A DNA stretch of 64,000 nt from a virus. Every line of letters starts with the position of its first letter. Position 1 is the first letter of the stretch. The notes under the pieces are model-generated. The model did no database searches, was not told the DNA's origin, and saw nothing but the letters and a program-made list of their open reading frames with translations. Made by a program: the position numbers and the translations under genes. Shown one piece after another: positions 1 through 10,892 of this stretch. The stretch covers positions 1-64,000 of the IMG/VR virus record IMGVR_UViG_3300027850_000169, one strand, 5' to 3'.

Positions 1-1186
1 TAGGTTCTAGTTCCCAAATGTTAGGAGCTTGCAATTTTGAAGCATTTAAAGTGCCACCTACCCCAGCACCTCCGGTAATCACAGAAGCTCCGGTTGTTGT
101 CGATGTTGATGCTGTGGTATTAGTAATAACTATTGGTGCAGCAAAAGTTTTGGCACCTCCAATTGTTTGAGCGGCGGTTAAGTCCACAAAATTCTGAGTA
201 GCGCTACCCGTTCCCCCATTGGCAATAGGCAAAACACCCACAACTCCACTCGTCAAAGGCAGTCCCGTCAGGTTTGTCAATATTCCACTACTAGGAGTCC
301 CCAGTGCTGGAGTTGTAAAACTTGGTGATATTAAATTAGCTTTTAATGCGATTGATGCCGTGATTGTTGTGGCAAAATTAGCGTCACCCCCCAGCGCCGC
401 CGCCAACTCTCCCAGTGTATCAAGAATAGCAGGCGAAGAGTTAACCAAAGCAGCAACTTCTAATCCTACAAACGCCGTAGTCGCAACCTGTGTGGTTCTT
501 GTTCCTAAAGTCGCGGTTGGAACCGTGGGAGTTCCAGTAAATGCCGGAGATATGAGGTTTGATTTTAAATTAAGTGCGGTTTGAGTAGCGCTCGAAATAG
601 GTTTACCAGCGTCGGAAGTATTGTCTACACTGCCAAGCCCTAAATTTGCAGCAGTCAGAGTAATGTTACTTGAACCGTTAAAAAGAACACCGTTGATGTT
701 TCTCCCAGGTGTTAAAGTTGCAGCGCTTGCAACACTTTTGGCAGTATCAGCCGTATTGTTTACGCTACCTAAGCCGAGCGTAGCTCTTCCCGCTGCGCTG
801 TCAGCGTCATCAATTAAGGTTCCTCCAAAGGCACTGAGAGTAGCCGTGCTCGCAATGTTCCCATCTTTTCTAATCAGGCCGTTGGTGCTTAAATTCGCAA
901 TAGAACCCAGAATGCCTACAATCTGAGATACGTCTAATTTAAGGCTTTGAATGCAGCGTCCCGGACTCCCCGGAATTACCGAATCCGGTCGCACGACAGA
1001 GATTTCGTCAGGTGCGACTACTGACGCTGGTTGCCAGACCCAAACTTCGATATTGTTTGTTGAAGCATTTGGAACTACAAACCACACACCTGCGGGGTCA
1101 GCGCTACCAAAGTTGATAGCCTTTAGAGCGGGTAAGCCTGTGAGAAAATTAGCAGTAGTAAAAGCCCTACCTGTGTCAGTGGGCAT
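1..1186 (-). CDS. Phage tail fibre protein (partial, runs off left edge; not in ORF track)
   Basis: Open frame from ATG at 1186; typical fibre motifs [68 protein letters not shown]. Confidence 0.85.
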   Translation of the reverse strand, partial: MPTDTGRAFTTANFLTGLPALKAINFGSADPAGVWFVVPNASTNNIEVWVWQPASVVAPDEISVVRPDSVIPGSPGRCIQSLKLDVSQIVGILGSIANLSTNGLIRKDGNIASTATLSAFGGTLIDDADSAAGRATLGLGSVNNTADTAKSVASAATLTPGRNINGVLFNGSSNITLTAANLGLGSVDNTSDAGKPISSATQTALNLKSNLISPAFTGTPTVPTATLGTRTTQVATTAFVGLEVAALVNSSPAILDTLGELAAALGGDANFATTITASIALKANLISPSFTTPALGTPSSGILTNLTGLPLTSGVVGVLPIANGGTGSATQNFVDLTAAQTIGGAKTFAAPIVITNTTASTSTTTGASVITGGAGVGGTLNASKLQAPNIWELEP

Positions 1187-1227
1187 GAATATTAATTATG
1201 AATAGTTCATAGTTAATGTCACCAAAA

Positions 1228-2004
1228 CTACTCTTGAATACTGTCAAGGATATAATCAATTTCCTCTTGCTGCAATACTTTCTTGTATTTGGGAGTTGTA
1301 GGTGCTTCAATATCTCTGTCAATACCCTGATGCCACGGCAGTCCTCCCCCCAGGTTTAAAGCTTGAAATTTGTAATTAGTGAGCATAGCGGGGTTGTAGT
1401 CAATGCCAATAAAATTACAGCACTCGGTCAATACCTCGACTTTGTGAGAGATTAGTCGTTTGTATTCAACTATCAAATGATTCTTGTTCTCAGCGTATTT
1501 CTCGGTGATTTTCATAGAATCTTTCCATCTCTGTATACAATGATTCAACGTCCACAGTCCGCCCCATACTGGATTTTCGGTCGAGTGAGTAGCTTCCCAC
1601 AAAGATGCAATCGTATCTAACCCGTTTCTAGTGATATGAATGAATTTTGCGTCAGGAACATAGCGCTGAATTTCAGGAATAAAAAATATATGTTCGGGTG
1701 TCTTTTCTACCCAGATATTTTTCTCGTTCTCAATTGTCAATCCATCCAAAACACCGATAAACCATATTATCTTTTCTTTAGTTGTCTGACATCCTCTAAA
1801 AGGTTCTAGCAACTCTGGGCGCATTATTTCAAAATAAAAGAAACGCTCCAACCGCTCAGGCAGTGTGTGCCGAAATCCATCCCATAAGGTGTATTGAAAA
1901 ATCTTAGTTTCTGGAAATGTATTGATTTCTGGATGCGCGGCTAATAAGCTTTGAAAAATTGTCGTGCCACTGCGAGGACATCCGACTAAAAAGAATCGTT
2001 GCAT
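1228..2004 (-). CDS. Sulfotransferase (Sulfotransfer_3-like)
   Basis: 5'-PAPS-binding loop VGCPRSGTT, EKTP motif, 3'PB region HITRNGLDTIAS. Confidence 0.9.
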   Translation of the reverse strand: MQRFFLVGCPRSGTTIFQSLLAAHPEINTFPETKIFQYTLWDGFRHTLPERLERFFYFEIMRPELLEPFRGCQTTKEKIIWFIGVLDGLTIENEKNIWVEKTPEHIFFIPEIQRYVPDAKFIHITRNGLDTIASLWEATHSTENPVWGGLWTLNHCIQRWKDSMKITEKYAENKNHLIVEYKRLISHKVEVLTECCNFIGIDYNPAMLTNYKFQALNLGGGLPWHQGIDRDIEAPTTPKYKKVLQQEEIDYILDSIQE

Positions 2005-2038
2005 GATACAATTTTAATAACATTAAAACAATAATATC

Positions 2039-2890
2039 ATGCCTAGAACCGCTACTAAACAATCAATCCTTGAAAGAACGTTGATTCCATTACCATTGAA
2101 TCGAGACAGGCTATCAATGGCAACAATCGTAGAGCGAGAAAAACTACGGCACGACATGGTGCTACCCGATGCTGTTGAAGACCGATTCCGCCGCATTGAG
2201 TGTGAGTATGCAGCACGAGCTAGATTGGCTGTTCACAACCTGCACTACAGGCAAAAGATTCTGTTGTACGGAGTCCCTGGTTGTGGGAAAACCCTTGGAG
2301 CCGAGCGTCTAGCATGGAATACTGGCTTAACACTGGTTAAAGTGCAATTTGACTCAATTTTATCATCGTTTTTAGGAGATACAGCCAAGAATCTAAGAAA
2401 GGTTTTTGACGAGATTAGCGAAACTCCATGCGTTTTGTTTTTTGATGAGTGTGATTCTATCCTCAGAACAAGAGAAGACAATAAAGACGTTGGCGAGGTT
2501 AAGCGAATAGTTAATACTTTCTTGCAAGTTTTAGACGAATACAATCCCGACAATGGGTTGATTGTGATGGCAACCAACTTGACCAAATCTTTAGATTCGG
2601 CGGTTTGGCGACGATTTGACGACGTGATTGAGCTACCAAAACCGAGCAAGCGTGAAGTTCAATTGCTACTGGTGCATACGTTGCAAGTTTCTTTTCCCAA
2701 AACTCAAACGGAAGAGTTAGACTGGGATATTTTACTGCCAGAAATGGACGGATTCTCTGCCGCACAGGTCGTAAAAGTTGCTCAGAATGCTGCTAAATTT
2801 GCTATCTTGCAACATCAACTTAAAGCTGTAACTCAACCACTTTTGATGGATGCAATTCAAGAAATTAAGGAAATGCCAAGTCATGAATAA
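2039..2890 (+). CDS. AAA+ ATPase (type usually paired with an S8 peptidase)
   Basis: Walker A GVPGCGKT, Walker B LFFDE, ATN..LDSAVWRRFD second region of homology. Confidence 0.9.
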   Translation: MPRTATKQSILERTLIPLPLNRDRLSMATIVEREKLRHDMVLPDAVEDRFRRIECEYAARARLAVHNLHYRQKILLYGVPGCGKTLGAERLAWNTGLTLVKVQFDSILSSFLGDTAKNLRKVFDEISETPCVLFFDECDSILRTREDNKDVGEVKRIVNTFLQVLDEYNPDNGLIVMATNLTKSLDSAVWRRFDDVIELPKPSKREVQLLLVHTLQVSFPKTQTEELDWDILLPEMDGFSAAQVVKVAQNAAKFAILQHQLKAVTQPLLMDAIQEIKEMPSHE

Positions 2891-3665
2891 TCCTCCCAAA
2901 GTCTCAGTCGTCATCCCAGTTTACAACCGCGCGCGTTACCTTGAAACCGCCATCGAAAGCGTCATCTGGCAAACAGACAAAAACTGGGAACTGATAATTT
3001 CTGATGATGGTTCCACAGACGGGAGCTTAGAGATTGCTCAGAACTTCGCGGAGCATGACTCCAGAATTCGGGTATTGACTAACCCCAGCAGACCAGCAGA
3101 TGACGCGAACAGAGGCGCTGCAAATGCGCTGATTGCGGGGTTTAACGCGGCGCGTGGGGAATATATCGGACAACTCGACAGCGATGATTTACTGGAACAA
3201 CAGGCAATCGAGTTGACAGTCGCAGCGCTTGACAATAATCCCGACTGGGGGATGGTTTATAGCAATTATCTGGATATCAGTGAGAATGGGGAGAAGTTGC
3301 GACCGGGCTGGCGGTGTTCTATTCCGTACTCATTCACTGGACTATTGATGGCGTTTATGACTTTTCATTTTAGGATGATTCGTAAGACTGCCTATTTACA
3401 AGTTAATGGATTCGATGTAAATACAGATAGAATTGAGGATTATGACTTGTGTTTGAGATTATCCGAAGTTATTGAAATTGGGAAAGTTGAGGATTTTTTG
3501 TATCAGTATAGACGGCATCCTGCATCGTTGATGTATCTGAAAAACCTTGAGTTAATCTTGTTAGCAAGAGATGCAGTAGAGCGGGCAATGTCGCGACGAG
3601 GGATGCGCGATACTCACAGACTTAGAATTGAATTTAATCCTAAGTTTATCGTTGAATTAGTTTAG
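2883..3665 (+). CDS. Glycosyltransferase family 2
   Basis: VSVVIPVYN, DDGSTD, LDSDD, EDYDLCLRL; ATG at 2883 overlaps the ATPase stop. Confidence 0.92.
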   Translation: MNNPPKVSVVIPVYNRARYLETAIESVIWQTDKNWELIISDDGSTDGSLEIAQNFAEHDSRIRVLTNPSRPADDANRGAANALIAGFNAARGEYIGQLDSDDLLEQQAIELTVAALDNNPDWGMVYSNYLDISENGEKLRPGWRCSIPYSFTGLLMAFMTFHFRMIRKTAYLQVNGFDVNTDRIEDYDLCLRLSEVIEIGKVEDFLYQYRRHPASLMYLKNLELILLARDAVERAMSRRGMRDTHRLRIEFNPKFIVELV

Positions 3666-4363
3666 TAGCCACCGTTGTCAACAAATGGCGTATAAGCAGG
3701 GTATGTGGGATTCTCTTGGTAGTCTTGAGAATTCGGTGATTTCTTTTTCTTTTTACTATTACTTGCGTCGTATTTAGCGGCAATCTCTTTTTCAACGTAG
3801 AAAGCCATTGACATTAGGCGACCAAGAGGCCCCCACAATGCACGCGAATTGGCAAAAGCGTCTGTCAATCCCAAGTTGTTTGTTATCACTGTTTCCGATT
3901 CTAGCGGTCTTTGTAAATCGGTTAGGATAGTCTGCCCAAAACCAGGTCGTAGGCATGGAGTGATGGAATCATGATAACTACTGTCATACCGGTTGTCGTA
4001 TCGAATTAACCCCTCCCGCCATCTAGTAGTTACAAGAGTTGGTGTATTAGAGGAACCTAACAAAGCTAAGTTTATGCCGTTTACCTTAGCAGGGTAAATT
4101 TTCTTATTCTGCAAGGTAACAAGAGGAATATTAAACGATACATCATTTGCCGATTTTGAAACAACGTCTCGTTGTTCAATGAACCACACAAAGCTCTTGC
4201 TAGTGGTCAAGAAGGTTTGACACTGACCGGGTAGGAGCATTGCCCAAAACCCAGTACCAGGAACATCTATCCTGACTCTATGCCAAAGCCCCGGAAGGAC
4301 AGACCCTACTATTCCAAGCGAACCAATGGATTGTATTAAATCAGCTTCTGCGAAATACAACAT
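3662..4363 (-). CDS. Hypothetical virion-associated protein
   Basis: 233-aa ORF in the tail operon, 3 nt from the upstream gene. Confidence 0.6.
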   Translation of the reverse strand: MLYFAEADLIQSIGSLGIVGSVLPGLWHRVRIDVPGTGFWAMLLPGQCQTFLTTSKSFVWFIEQRDVVSKSANDVSFNIPLVTLQNKKIYPAKVNGINLALLGSSNTPTLVTTRWREGLIRYDNRYDSSYHDSITPCLRPGFGQTILTDLQRPLESETVITNNLGLTDAFANSRALWGPLGRLMSMAFYVEKEIAAKYDASNSKKKKKSPNSQDYQENPTYPAYTPFVDNGGY

Positions 4364-4366
4364 AGG

Positions 4367-7189
4367 TTACGAGTTGCGTAATAATTGACCAAAAACAGGA
4401 AAGCTTGAAGTAGTGACACGATACCACTTTGTTAGGACTCCATCTTCTTTCAATCCATTGCCTATCATTTGCTCTTTGTGAGATGTAAATAAAATTTCAG
4501 GCCCAACTCCCCCTCCTGAACCATAAGAAGGGCTCTGTCCACCAGTGAAAGAGCCGTTCCACCCGAAGGATGATGCTTCCATAATTCTTTCAGCCCTTCC
4601 TTGCCTACCAAACCTATTGTCCAAATCATAAATCATGTTAACTCTATGTACTCCACTCTGGCTAATAGATACTCCGACAGGAAGTACGGTAGTCAACGGA
4701 TTGAATTGCCGAGGCATTTCTTGCAGTTGATAATGTATCCAATCCATTGCCGTCCAGTCTTGTTTGTTCTTGTAAAGCAATCCGCCTATGGAAATATCAT
4801 TATTCGTAAAAAGAGTCGTAGGGTTGGTAGTGTACGGTAACCCAATAAACATTTGCTGGGTTAGGGCAGGAAGACCACCAAAGCTTGCGAATTCAGGATT
4901 AGTCGTTTTGAAAGTTAGATTTCTATCGTCTGTCCGATAGTCACGTATTAAAAATTTATTATTAAACTCACTGTCGGGATTGTTAGCAGTAAGTGTAATA
5001 CTCTCACCTCTATCATATATTTCATCACCAACTATAGTCAAGGTTTTATCTTCTTTGGTAGGCAATCTTACTTTAAAAGACCGGCAACGACTCCAGCAGT
5101 CTTTGACGATTCGTGGATGCTTTTCGTTTGTTTGTGCGGGAGTCTGGGGGAATCCCGATTCGTACATTCCACTGGACAAGGGAAATATACCGAGTGCTTG
5201 TTGTAGAGATATGTCATTGCCATAATTAGAACCAAATCCCGTTCTTGGGCTGCCAAATCCCTGAGAGGCTAGTCGTATTGGAAGTGGAAATGTTTTTGGT
5301 TCTTCATATATTCTTTCCCCTCCATAGAAAATATCAACATAAGCAAAATCCTTGTCGATAGATAGTGTTCCATGTGTTAAATCTAGACTAAACGGATCTA
5401 CAATGAAATGGCTGGTATACGTCTGAATGAAATTGCGAGATTTTCCAGATTCAAAATTAGTTCCAAAACTAAAACTACCTCCGCCCAATACTCTATGCTC
5501 TTCTATTACAGCGGCAAACTCAAAAGGCAATTCTATTTCTATCGGCTCATAATCTTGCTTATGACAAACAAGTAAAACTTTTGCTTTTCTACCATAAGCA
5601 TCAACTAAAAACCTACTAGCGTCGGATGGTGGTGCGGGCGGGTATCCACCCCCGCTATTTGGTATTTCACAACCGTAGGGATTCGCTGAACCAAGTCTGG
5701 TGACAGTGGAACCGCCGTCGATATTCCAGTAAGTTCCAAATGTTTGAAAAAAGCTTGTAGCTAATCCTATATTTTCCTTGTGCCCTTGCCAACAAACAAA
5801 CATTCCACTGGCAGATGAGTAGTGAGCATATCTATCTAGCGCTCCAGCGCTAGCGCCAATGCCTCTAGACCAAAACCATTGGTCGTTGGGGACGACATCT
5901 CCACATCCGACACCAGCAGCGTCTAGAGCTGAAACATTGACCCCAATCGCCCCCGCAGACATAGTTGCAATATATTGATTATCCCAACCGTAACGATACC
6001 AAGCGTTATGCTCTAGCGTCCCGGGCCAAGGACTGACGCCTGCAACGAACTCTGGAGGAAAGCTTGTTGGAACTGCGTTTATGTCTCCATCAAATGCCGC
6101 CCACAAGGATCTGTAAAAAAAGGTTCTATGTGAATTGTCGGAATAAAGGTCTTGTATTCCACGCCACTTCTTAATCCCTCCCCAGTAGCCTATTTTCCCA
6201 CCCAAGTCCGGGAAAGAATTTTTTAAAAAATAACTTAAAGGTTCAAGTCCGAAGCTTGCACTTGGATATAAACCCGCAGAAATACTACCTTGGCGATACA
6301 TTTCCATACAGAAACCAGGCCCTTGCTCAGTATTTTGGTTTTCTGGGTACATACTTGGGCCAGAAACTTGATATATTTTCCCACTACCACTGTCTACAAG
6401 TTCGGTTGCACTTTGATTTAAACTTCCAATGTAAAACCACACAATCACCGAACCTTCTGAACCCGAAGACACTGCGGCATTATCTCTTGCCGCGCCAGTG
6501 CTTCCGCCGCCAGTTGGTACAATTAAACACTCAGGTCTTAATTTATTATCTAAAGCGTCTTGAGCGGTTTTGTAGTTACCCAAATCATCAAGCCTTTCTG
6601 CGAATCCGTAAGCATAGCTATTAAAAGCAGTGTTAGAGTAAACTCCTCGTATTGAATCCCAACTGGTTTCCTCTACTCCTTGCGCCGCCCCGTTCCCCGT
6701 GAGTTTTTCTTTGTTTGGTTTAATCCTGGAGTATAAAAAACAGGATGTGACAGGCCAATACTCTTCATCAGCAGGTAGTTTTGGTACTGGCTTCGGAATA
6801 ACTATATCTCGTCCTTTTGGCTTAACATCAATCACAACCTGACCGTTAGGTGCGAAGAACGAACGCACCTTCTGACCATTGCGAACGTTGCCGTTACTCA
6901 AACTTTTGCCAAGTAATTTCTTGCCGTCGCTACCATCAACATTAAAAGCATCAGCTTCAGCGTTGAACTCACGAACTCTGTAGCTAGTGTCAGGTTTCAG
7001 TGTTTCCAATGGATTTGCTGGTTTGCGCTCACGACGTTCAGCCGCATCACACCGCAACCGCTCAACAGCAGCTTTTCGAGCATCTGCTTTGTCCCTTTGT
7101 TCTAAAGCCCACAGGTTCGCCTCTTGAATCGACATTGGTTCATCGGTTTCAATTGCGGGGCGGCCGTCAATGTCGTTAATATCTGGCAT
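4367..7189 (-). CDS. Large putative tail/baseplate protein
   Basis: 940 aa, Gly/aromatic-rich, in the tail operon; N-terminal module resembles the adjacent 97-aa ORF. Confidence 0.6.
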   Translation of the reverse strand: MPDINDIDGRPAIETDEPMSIQEANLWALEQRDKADARKAAVERLRCDAAERRERKPANPLETLKPDTSYRVREFNAEADAFNVDGSDGKKLLGKSLSNGNVRNGQKVRSFFAPNGQVVIDVKPKGRDIVIPKPVPKLPADEEYWPVTSCFLYSRIKPNKEKLTGNGAAQGVEETSWDSIRGVYSNTAFNSYAYGFAERLDDLGNYKTAQDALDNKLRPECLIVPTGGGSTGAARDNAAVSSGSEGSVIVWFYIGSLNQSATELVDSGSGKIYQVSGPSMYPENQNTEQGPGFCMEMYRQGSISAGLYPSASFGLEPLSYFLKNSFPDLGGKIGYWGGIKKWRGIQDLYSDNSHRTFFYRSLWAAFDGDINAVPTSFPPEFVAGVSPWPGTLEHNAWYRYGWDNQYIATMSAGAIGVNVSALDAAGVGCGDVVPNDQWFWSRGIGASAGALDRYAHYSSASGMFVCWQGHKENIGLATSFFQTFGTYWNIDGGSTVTRLGSANPYGCEIPNSGGGYPPAPPSDASRFLVDAYGRKAKVLLVCHKQDYEPIEIELPFEFAAVIEEHRVLGGGSFSFGTNFESGKSRNFIQTYTSHFIVDPFSLDLTHGTLSIDKDFAYVDIFYGGERIYEEPKTFPLPIRLASQGFGSPRTGFGSNYGNDISLQQALGIFPLSSGMYESGFPQTPAQTNEKHPRIVKDCWSRCRSFKVRLPTKEDKTLTIVGDEIYDRGESITLTANNPDSEFNNKFLIRDYRTDDRNLTFKTTNPEFASFGGLPALTQQMFIGLPYTTNPTTLFTNNDISIGGLLYKNKQDWTAMDWIHYQLQEMPRQFNPLTTVLPVGVSISQSGVHRVNMIYDLDNRFGRQGRAERIMEASSFGWNGSFTGGQSPSYGSGGGVGPEILFTSHKEQMIGNGLKEDGVLTKWYRVTTSSFPVFGQLLRNS

Positions 7190-7191
7190 AA

Positions 7192-7485
7192 TTAAGCGGG
7201 TATAAAGTCGGCTGTACCTTGAGCTAACAAGACTTTCTGTCCTTTGCCTAAACGTCCGTTACTAAGCATCTGACTAGAAGGGACGGCGACTGATTGAGTG
7301 TTGCTGGTGAAGACATAGCGCCCCGCTTCAGCGTCAAATTGTTGAAACTTGCCAATTTCCGCTGCTGGAGGCGTTCTGTTTGCTTCAGCCGTAACGGGAG
7401 TTAGCGAGTTTTGAATATTAGAGGCTGATTGAGATTGGGAGTAGCGTCTCATTGCCGCTTGTAAGCTTAACTTATATGGTTTCAT
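7192..7485 (-). CDS. Small tail-operon protein
   Basis: FDAEA...LSNG....GQKV motif shared with the downstream ORF. Confidence 0.55.
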   Translation of the reverse strand: MKPYKLSLQAAMRRYSQSQSASNIQNSLTPVTAEANRTPPAAEIGKFQQFDAEAGRYVFTSNTQSVAVPSSQMLSNGRLGKGQKVLLAQGTADFIPA

Positions 7486-7807
7486 TATATTTCTCCATCA
7501 TCCAATCATAAAAAGCTAGCCACATTTGTTTGTCACAATCCATCCCCAGCCTACCATCTTGAATTGCTTGAGCGACATCTTTGAGAATGGTAGCCCTATC
7601 CTGTGGGGTTAGTAGGCTCCAATTTGCTTTAGTTAATTCAACAATTAACGACGGCATATATGTCATCCGTCCAAAGCAATATCGAATGGCGCAGATTGTC
7701 AAATTTCCGAATTCTTGAACTCCTGCAATAGTTGAAACTTCCGCCACATCTTGACAGGAATTAGGAATAGTATTTTTATCTGCTTTGTAAGGTAGTTTTT
7801 GTTCCAT
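7472..7807 (-). CDS. Hypothetical protein
   Basis: 111-aa ORF overlapping the next start; AIRYCFGRMTYMPS motif. Confidence 0.6.
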   Translation of the reverse strand: MEQKLPYKADKNTIPNSCQDVAEVSTIAGVQEFGNLTICAIRYCFGRMTYMPSLIVELTKANWSLLTPQDRATILKDVAQAIQDGRLGMDCDKQMWLAFYDWMMEKYNETI

Positions 7808-7823
7808 TTTGTTTAGATTTTTT

Positions 7824-8210
7824 TTAGGCTTTTCGTGTCAACTTACTTAGTATTTCGCTTAAATCAACTTCTGGAATCGGCTCTTGAGATGTAATAGTGA
7901 ATCCTCTTGTGGTATTATCTTCTTGACAACCCATAAATCCTTTTTTCATAGATTCTACTTCTTTTGTGACAGCGTTCACTTTGAAAATTCTGTATTCGCG
8001 CTTAAAAGTATTGTACTGTTCCTCTGTTTCTTCTCGTCTTACCGGAACAAACCCCAAGGTAATGAACCAGCAATTTAAAGGCTCTGCAAACTCAAACTCT
8101 TCTAAAGTTAACTGCGTCCCGCCAGCAAACGTAGTTTTGAATTGAATACTTTTGAAAAATTCAGTCGCAGCACAATAAGCTTCTTCTATTGTGATAATAT
8201 TGTCACTCAT
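7824..8210 (-). CDS. Hypothetical protein
   Basis: 128-aa ORF (LEEFE...WFITLGF...REYRIFKVN), 1 nt after the upstream stop. Confidence 0.6.
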   Translation of the reverse strand: MSDNIITIEEAYCAATEFFKSIQFKTTFAGGTQLTLEEFEFAEPLNCWFITLGFVPVRREETEEQYNTFKREYRIFKVNAVTKEVESMKKGFMGCQEDNTTRGFTITSQEPIPEVDLSEILSKLTRKA

Positions 8211-8211
8211 C

Positions 8212-10833
8212 TTAAGTCACCTCTAAAACTAACCAATTACCTAAACTCAATTCTAGCCAATCTTTGGCAGAAGTTTCTAACCACGGTTTGAGCTCCGCAA
8301 ACGCCAAAACAGGTTCTTTCGCTACAACTGTTGTGATTCTCGGTTGCCCAATGATAGCACCAGTTACAGGTACAGCCGCGCCACCTTCAGTCACCGAAAG
8401 CTGAATCTGCTGTTTACCTTCAACGACTTGTACTGCTGACACCCAATAGCGACTAGGCTCAACACCGGGGATAATTCCACCAGTCGAAGCAACTTCAACT
8501 CTGTCGCCAACTACGAACACAACGGCTTTATCAACAATATTAGCATTACTTGCAAGCCAATTTCCTTGTGCGCTGCTAATCAAAGAGTTTGCCGTTCCAC
8601 CAATCCACCACAAGTCACCCAGAATCAAGTTAGCGTCAGGTTCGCAAGAAAAGTTTAAACCTGTAAGCAAGTAGGTTATTGCGTTCTCATCTGGCTCAAC
8701 CACCTGCACTGTCAGCACCGGACGGTATAAGTTGGACAGCCACCAGTCGCTAAGGGCGATTGTCAACTCATAAGCCTTACTCTTTCCTTGCCTGTAAAAA
8801 TACAGAATTGCTGCGATTTGCTTGAGAATTGCTTCAGTCGGAACCTTGCCAATACTTGCAAACTCTTTGGGCGGTGTTTGACCCGAACATTCTAGGTCGA
8901 AGTTCCAATGTTTTTTAATCTTTTTCTCTTCATCTTCCCAATCATCCAAGCCTTCGCCATCTGTTCCAGCGGCTGAATATGCGGGTAAGTATTCAGTTGC
9001 CGGAGCATTGGCAAGTCCAGAGCGACTGAGTTCTATTTTGTCGCCATCTTTCTCAGTCATTAGCGACATTCGCGTTTGATGTTTGACTTGAAAAGTGTTG
9101 ATATTCCGAGTGCTGTAGCTTACTGTACTAGAAACCTCAACATCTCCCACACGAGTGTAAGTAGGAATAGCTGTAACTTCGGTAATATTCACTGAAACTT
9201 TATCCTTCCACAATTTTTCGTCCAGCGCTTCAATCTCAGCGGAGAATCTAGCTTGATAAGTTGTTTTAGCTGTAACACGGTGCATCTCATTTGAGCCCCA
9301 ACGCATCCACTGTTCAGTAGTTTGTCCGCTAGGTGCAAGTGTTCCGATAAACGGCCAATAATTAGTCAGGATTTTAGAAATATATTCTTCAGTTACTGAG
9401 GTTGTAGCGGTTTGCACTCCATTAGAATTGTAGGTATAATTTGTCCGAGTTTTGCTGCTTAGGATTTGAGTAGTATTTAACAGCCAGTTATCAGCAGGGA
9501 AAGTCTGTCCACCAACGCCCGTAACACTTGAAGGCATTGTAAAGTTTACGTCGGCATAAGCTCCAAAGAAGCCAGCAAAGACTTTGCAGACAGGCTCGTT
9601 GATGACTTCTTCTTCATAATCTAGTCTGCCATTATTACTGGGAATCTGGCTGAAATATTGAGTTTTGATACTTCTGTAACTTTCTACAAAGGTGCTGCGA
9701 TTAGTTTTAGCGCCGGGAACTGCTAGCCCGCGCCGCTCTACTTTTGTTGTTGTAACAGTTTTTTGACCAGGCTCTATTTTTTCTACCGTTGTTGTCGTTG
9801 ATAGCAGCACTTCCGTTGTGGGACTGCCGTTAATATTGATGATTGTCTCAGGCCCAAAATCTTGCGTTATCGTAGTCTTACTTTTAGTACCATCGGGGTT
9901 AATAACTTCATCAATGTTTGCAATCTTTTTGTCAATACTTCCCGATACAACTAACTCTTTAATTGCGTCTAGTCCGCTGTCCAAAGGTGCGTATTCAATT
10001 TCATCTTTGCCAATTACAACTACCAGCGCGGTCGGATTGTTTGTAATATTAATCTTAGTAATCCGGATGCCGTCTTTGTCTGCCCAAAGGTAGCTAGGGG
10101 GAGAAGCCTTAAAGCACAAATCTCCGGCTTGTTGAATCAGTGAACCGCTAAAGTTGATAGGGCCCCTAATTTTTCCAGTAACACTACCGTAAATCTTAGT
10201 TGCTCCAGCCCTACCCAGCAAAAAGGTAACAACTTTTTGAATGTCGTAAAACTTTGATTTCTGAAACTCTCGAAATATCTCAGGTAATGTCAAATCGCCT
10301 TTTGGTACGACAATGGGCGGAGGCGGAGAACCTGAACTACTGGATGACGTAAACGATACACCTGGTGAGGAGTACGAAATTACGATTACAGACGTTGACT
10401 CTGTGTAGCCGTCTTGCTGTTCCTGCTGCGTAGAAGGCGTTTCTTTAGGAATCTTATTGTCTTCCCTGAAATCGTCAATTGACCGATTTTTCAGCAGCGA
10501 CAGCAGGCAGCCAGTTTGAATTGTCAACTTACAATCGGCAAAGTTGTAGAACGACCGAATCAAGTATTGAGTACCGCGCGGGTGTAGCTTGTAGGTTCCG
10601 TTGCCATTCAATATTTGAATTTCTAACTTTTTCCCCCAGCACCACCAACGATTCAACCTGTCGTTGAGTTCTTGCGGGTTTAAGTGATGGTCGTGGATTT
10701 CAACCGTCCCCGTAGCGTAAATGAGGCCGCTGGTGTCCAACTCGTTCTCGTCGCACACGAATCGAGCGAAGCCGGGAAACTCTAATCCGGCAACGAGTAA
10801 TTTGTTAGGTCTAGCGGCTACATTAACTGTCAT
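8212..10833 (-). CDS. Putative tail tip/hub protein
   Basis: 873 aa, Thr/Ser/Val-rich, heads the distal tail operon. Confidence 0.6.
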   Translation of the reverse strand: MTVNVAARPNKLLVAGLEFPGFARFVCDENELDTSGLIYATGTVEIHDHHLNPQELNDRLNRWWCWGKKLEIQILNGNGTYKLHPRGTQYLIRSFYNFADCKLTIQTGCLLSLLKNRSIDDFREDNKIPKETPSTQQEQQDGYTESTSVIVISYSSPGVSFTSSSSSGSPPPPIVVPKGDLTLPEIFREFQKSKFYDIQKVVTFLLGRAGATKIYGSVTGKIRGPINFSGSLIQQAGDLCFKASPPSYLWADKDGIRITKINITNNPTALVVVIGKDEIEYAPLDSGLDAIKELVVSGSIDKKIANIDEVINPDGTKSKTTITQDFGPETIININGSPTTEVLLSTTTTVEKIEPGQKTVTTTKVERRGLAVPGAKTNRSTFVESYRSIKTQYFSQIPSNNGRLDYEEEVINEPVCKVFAGFFGAYADVNFTMPSSVTGVGGQTFPADNWLLNTTQILSSKTRTNYTYNSNGVQTATTSVTEEYISKILTNYWPFIGTLAPSGQTTEQWMRWGSNEMHRVTAKTTYQARFSAEIEALDEKLWKDKVSVNITEVTAIPTYTRVGDVEVSSTVSYSTRNINTFQVKHQTRMSLMTEKDGDKIELSRSGLANAPATEYLPAYSAAGTDGEGLDDWEDEEKKIKKHWNFDLECSGQTPPKEFASIGKVPTEAILKQIAAILYFYRQGKSKAYELTIALSDWWLSNLYRPVLTVQVVEPDENAITYLLTGLNFSCEPDANLILGDLWWIGGTANSLISSAQGNWLASNANIVDKAVVFVVGDRVEVASTGGIIPGVEPSRYWVSAVQVVEGKQQIQLSVTEGGAAVPVTGAIIGQPRITTVVAKEPVLAFAELKPWLETSAKDWLELSLGNWLVLEVT

Positions 10834-10892
10834 AGGGGTAAGATAGGAGGTAAGCAGATTGAATTGCCGCCAATTACTAGATATTTTTAATT

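Noticed and set aside
219-1205. Three plus-strand ORFs in the track
   Set aside because: Antisense shadows of the minus-strand tail fibre, which the track missed because it has no stop in the window
1-10833. Diversity-generating retroelement or invertible tail-fibre cassette
   Set aside because: No reverse transcriptase, invertase or TR/VR pair seen in the window
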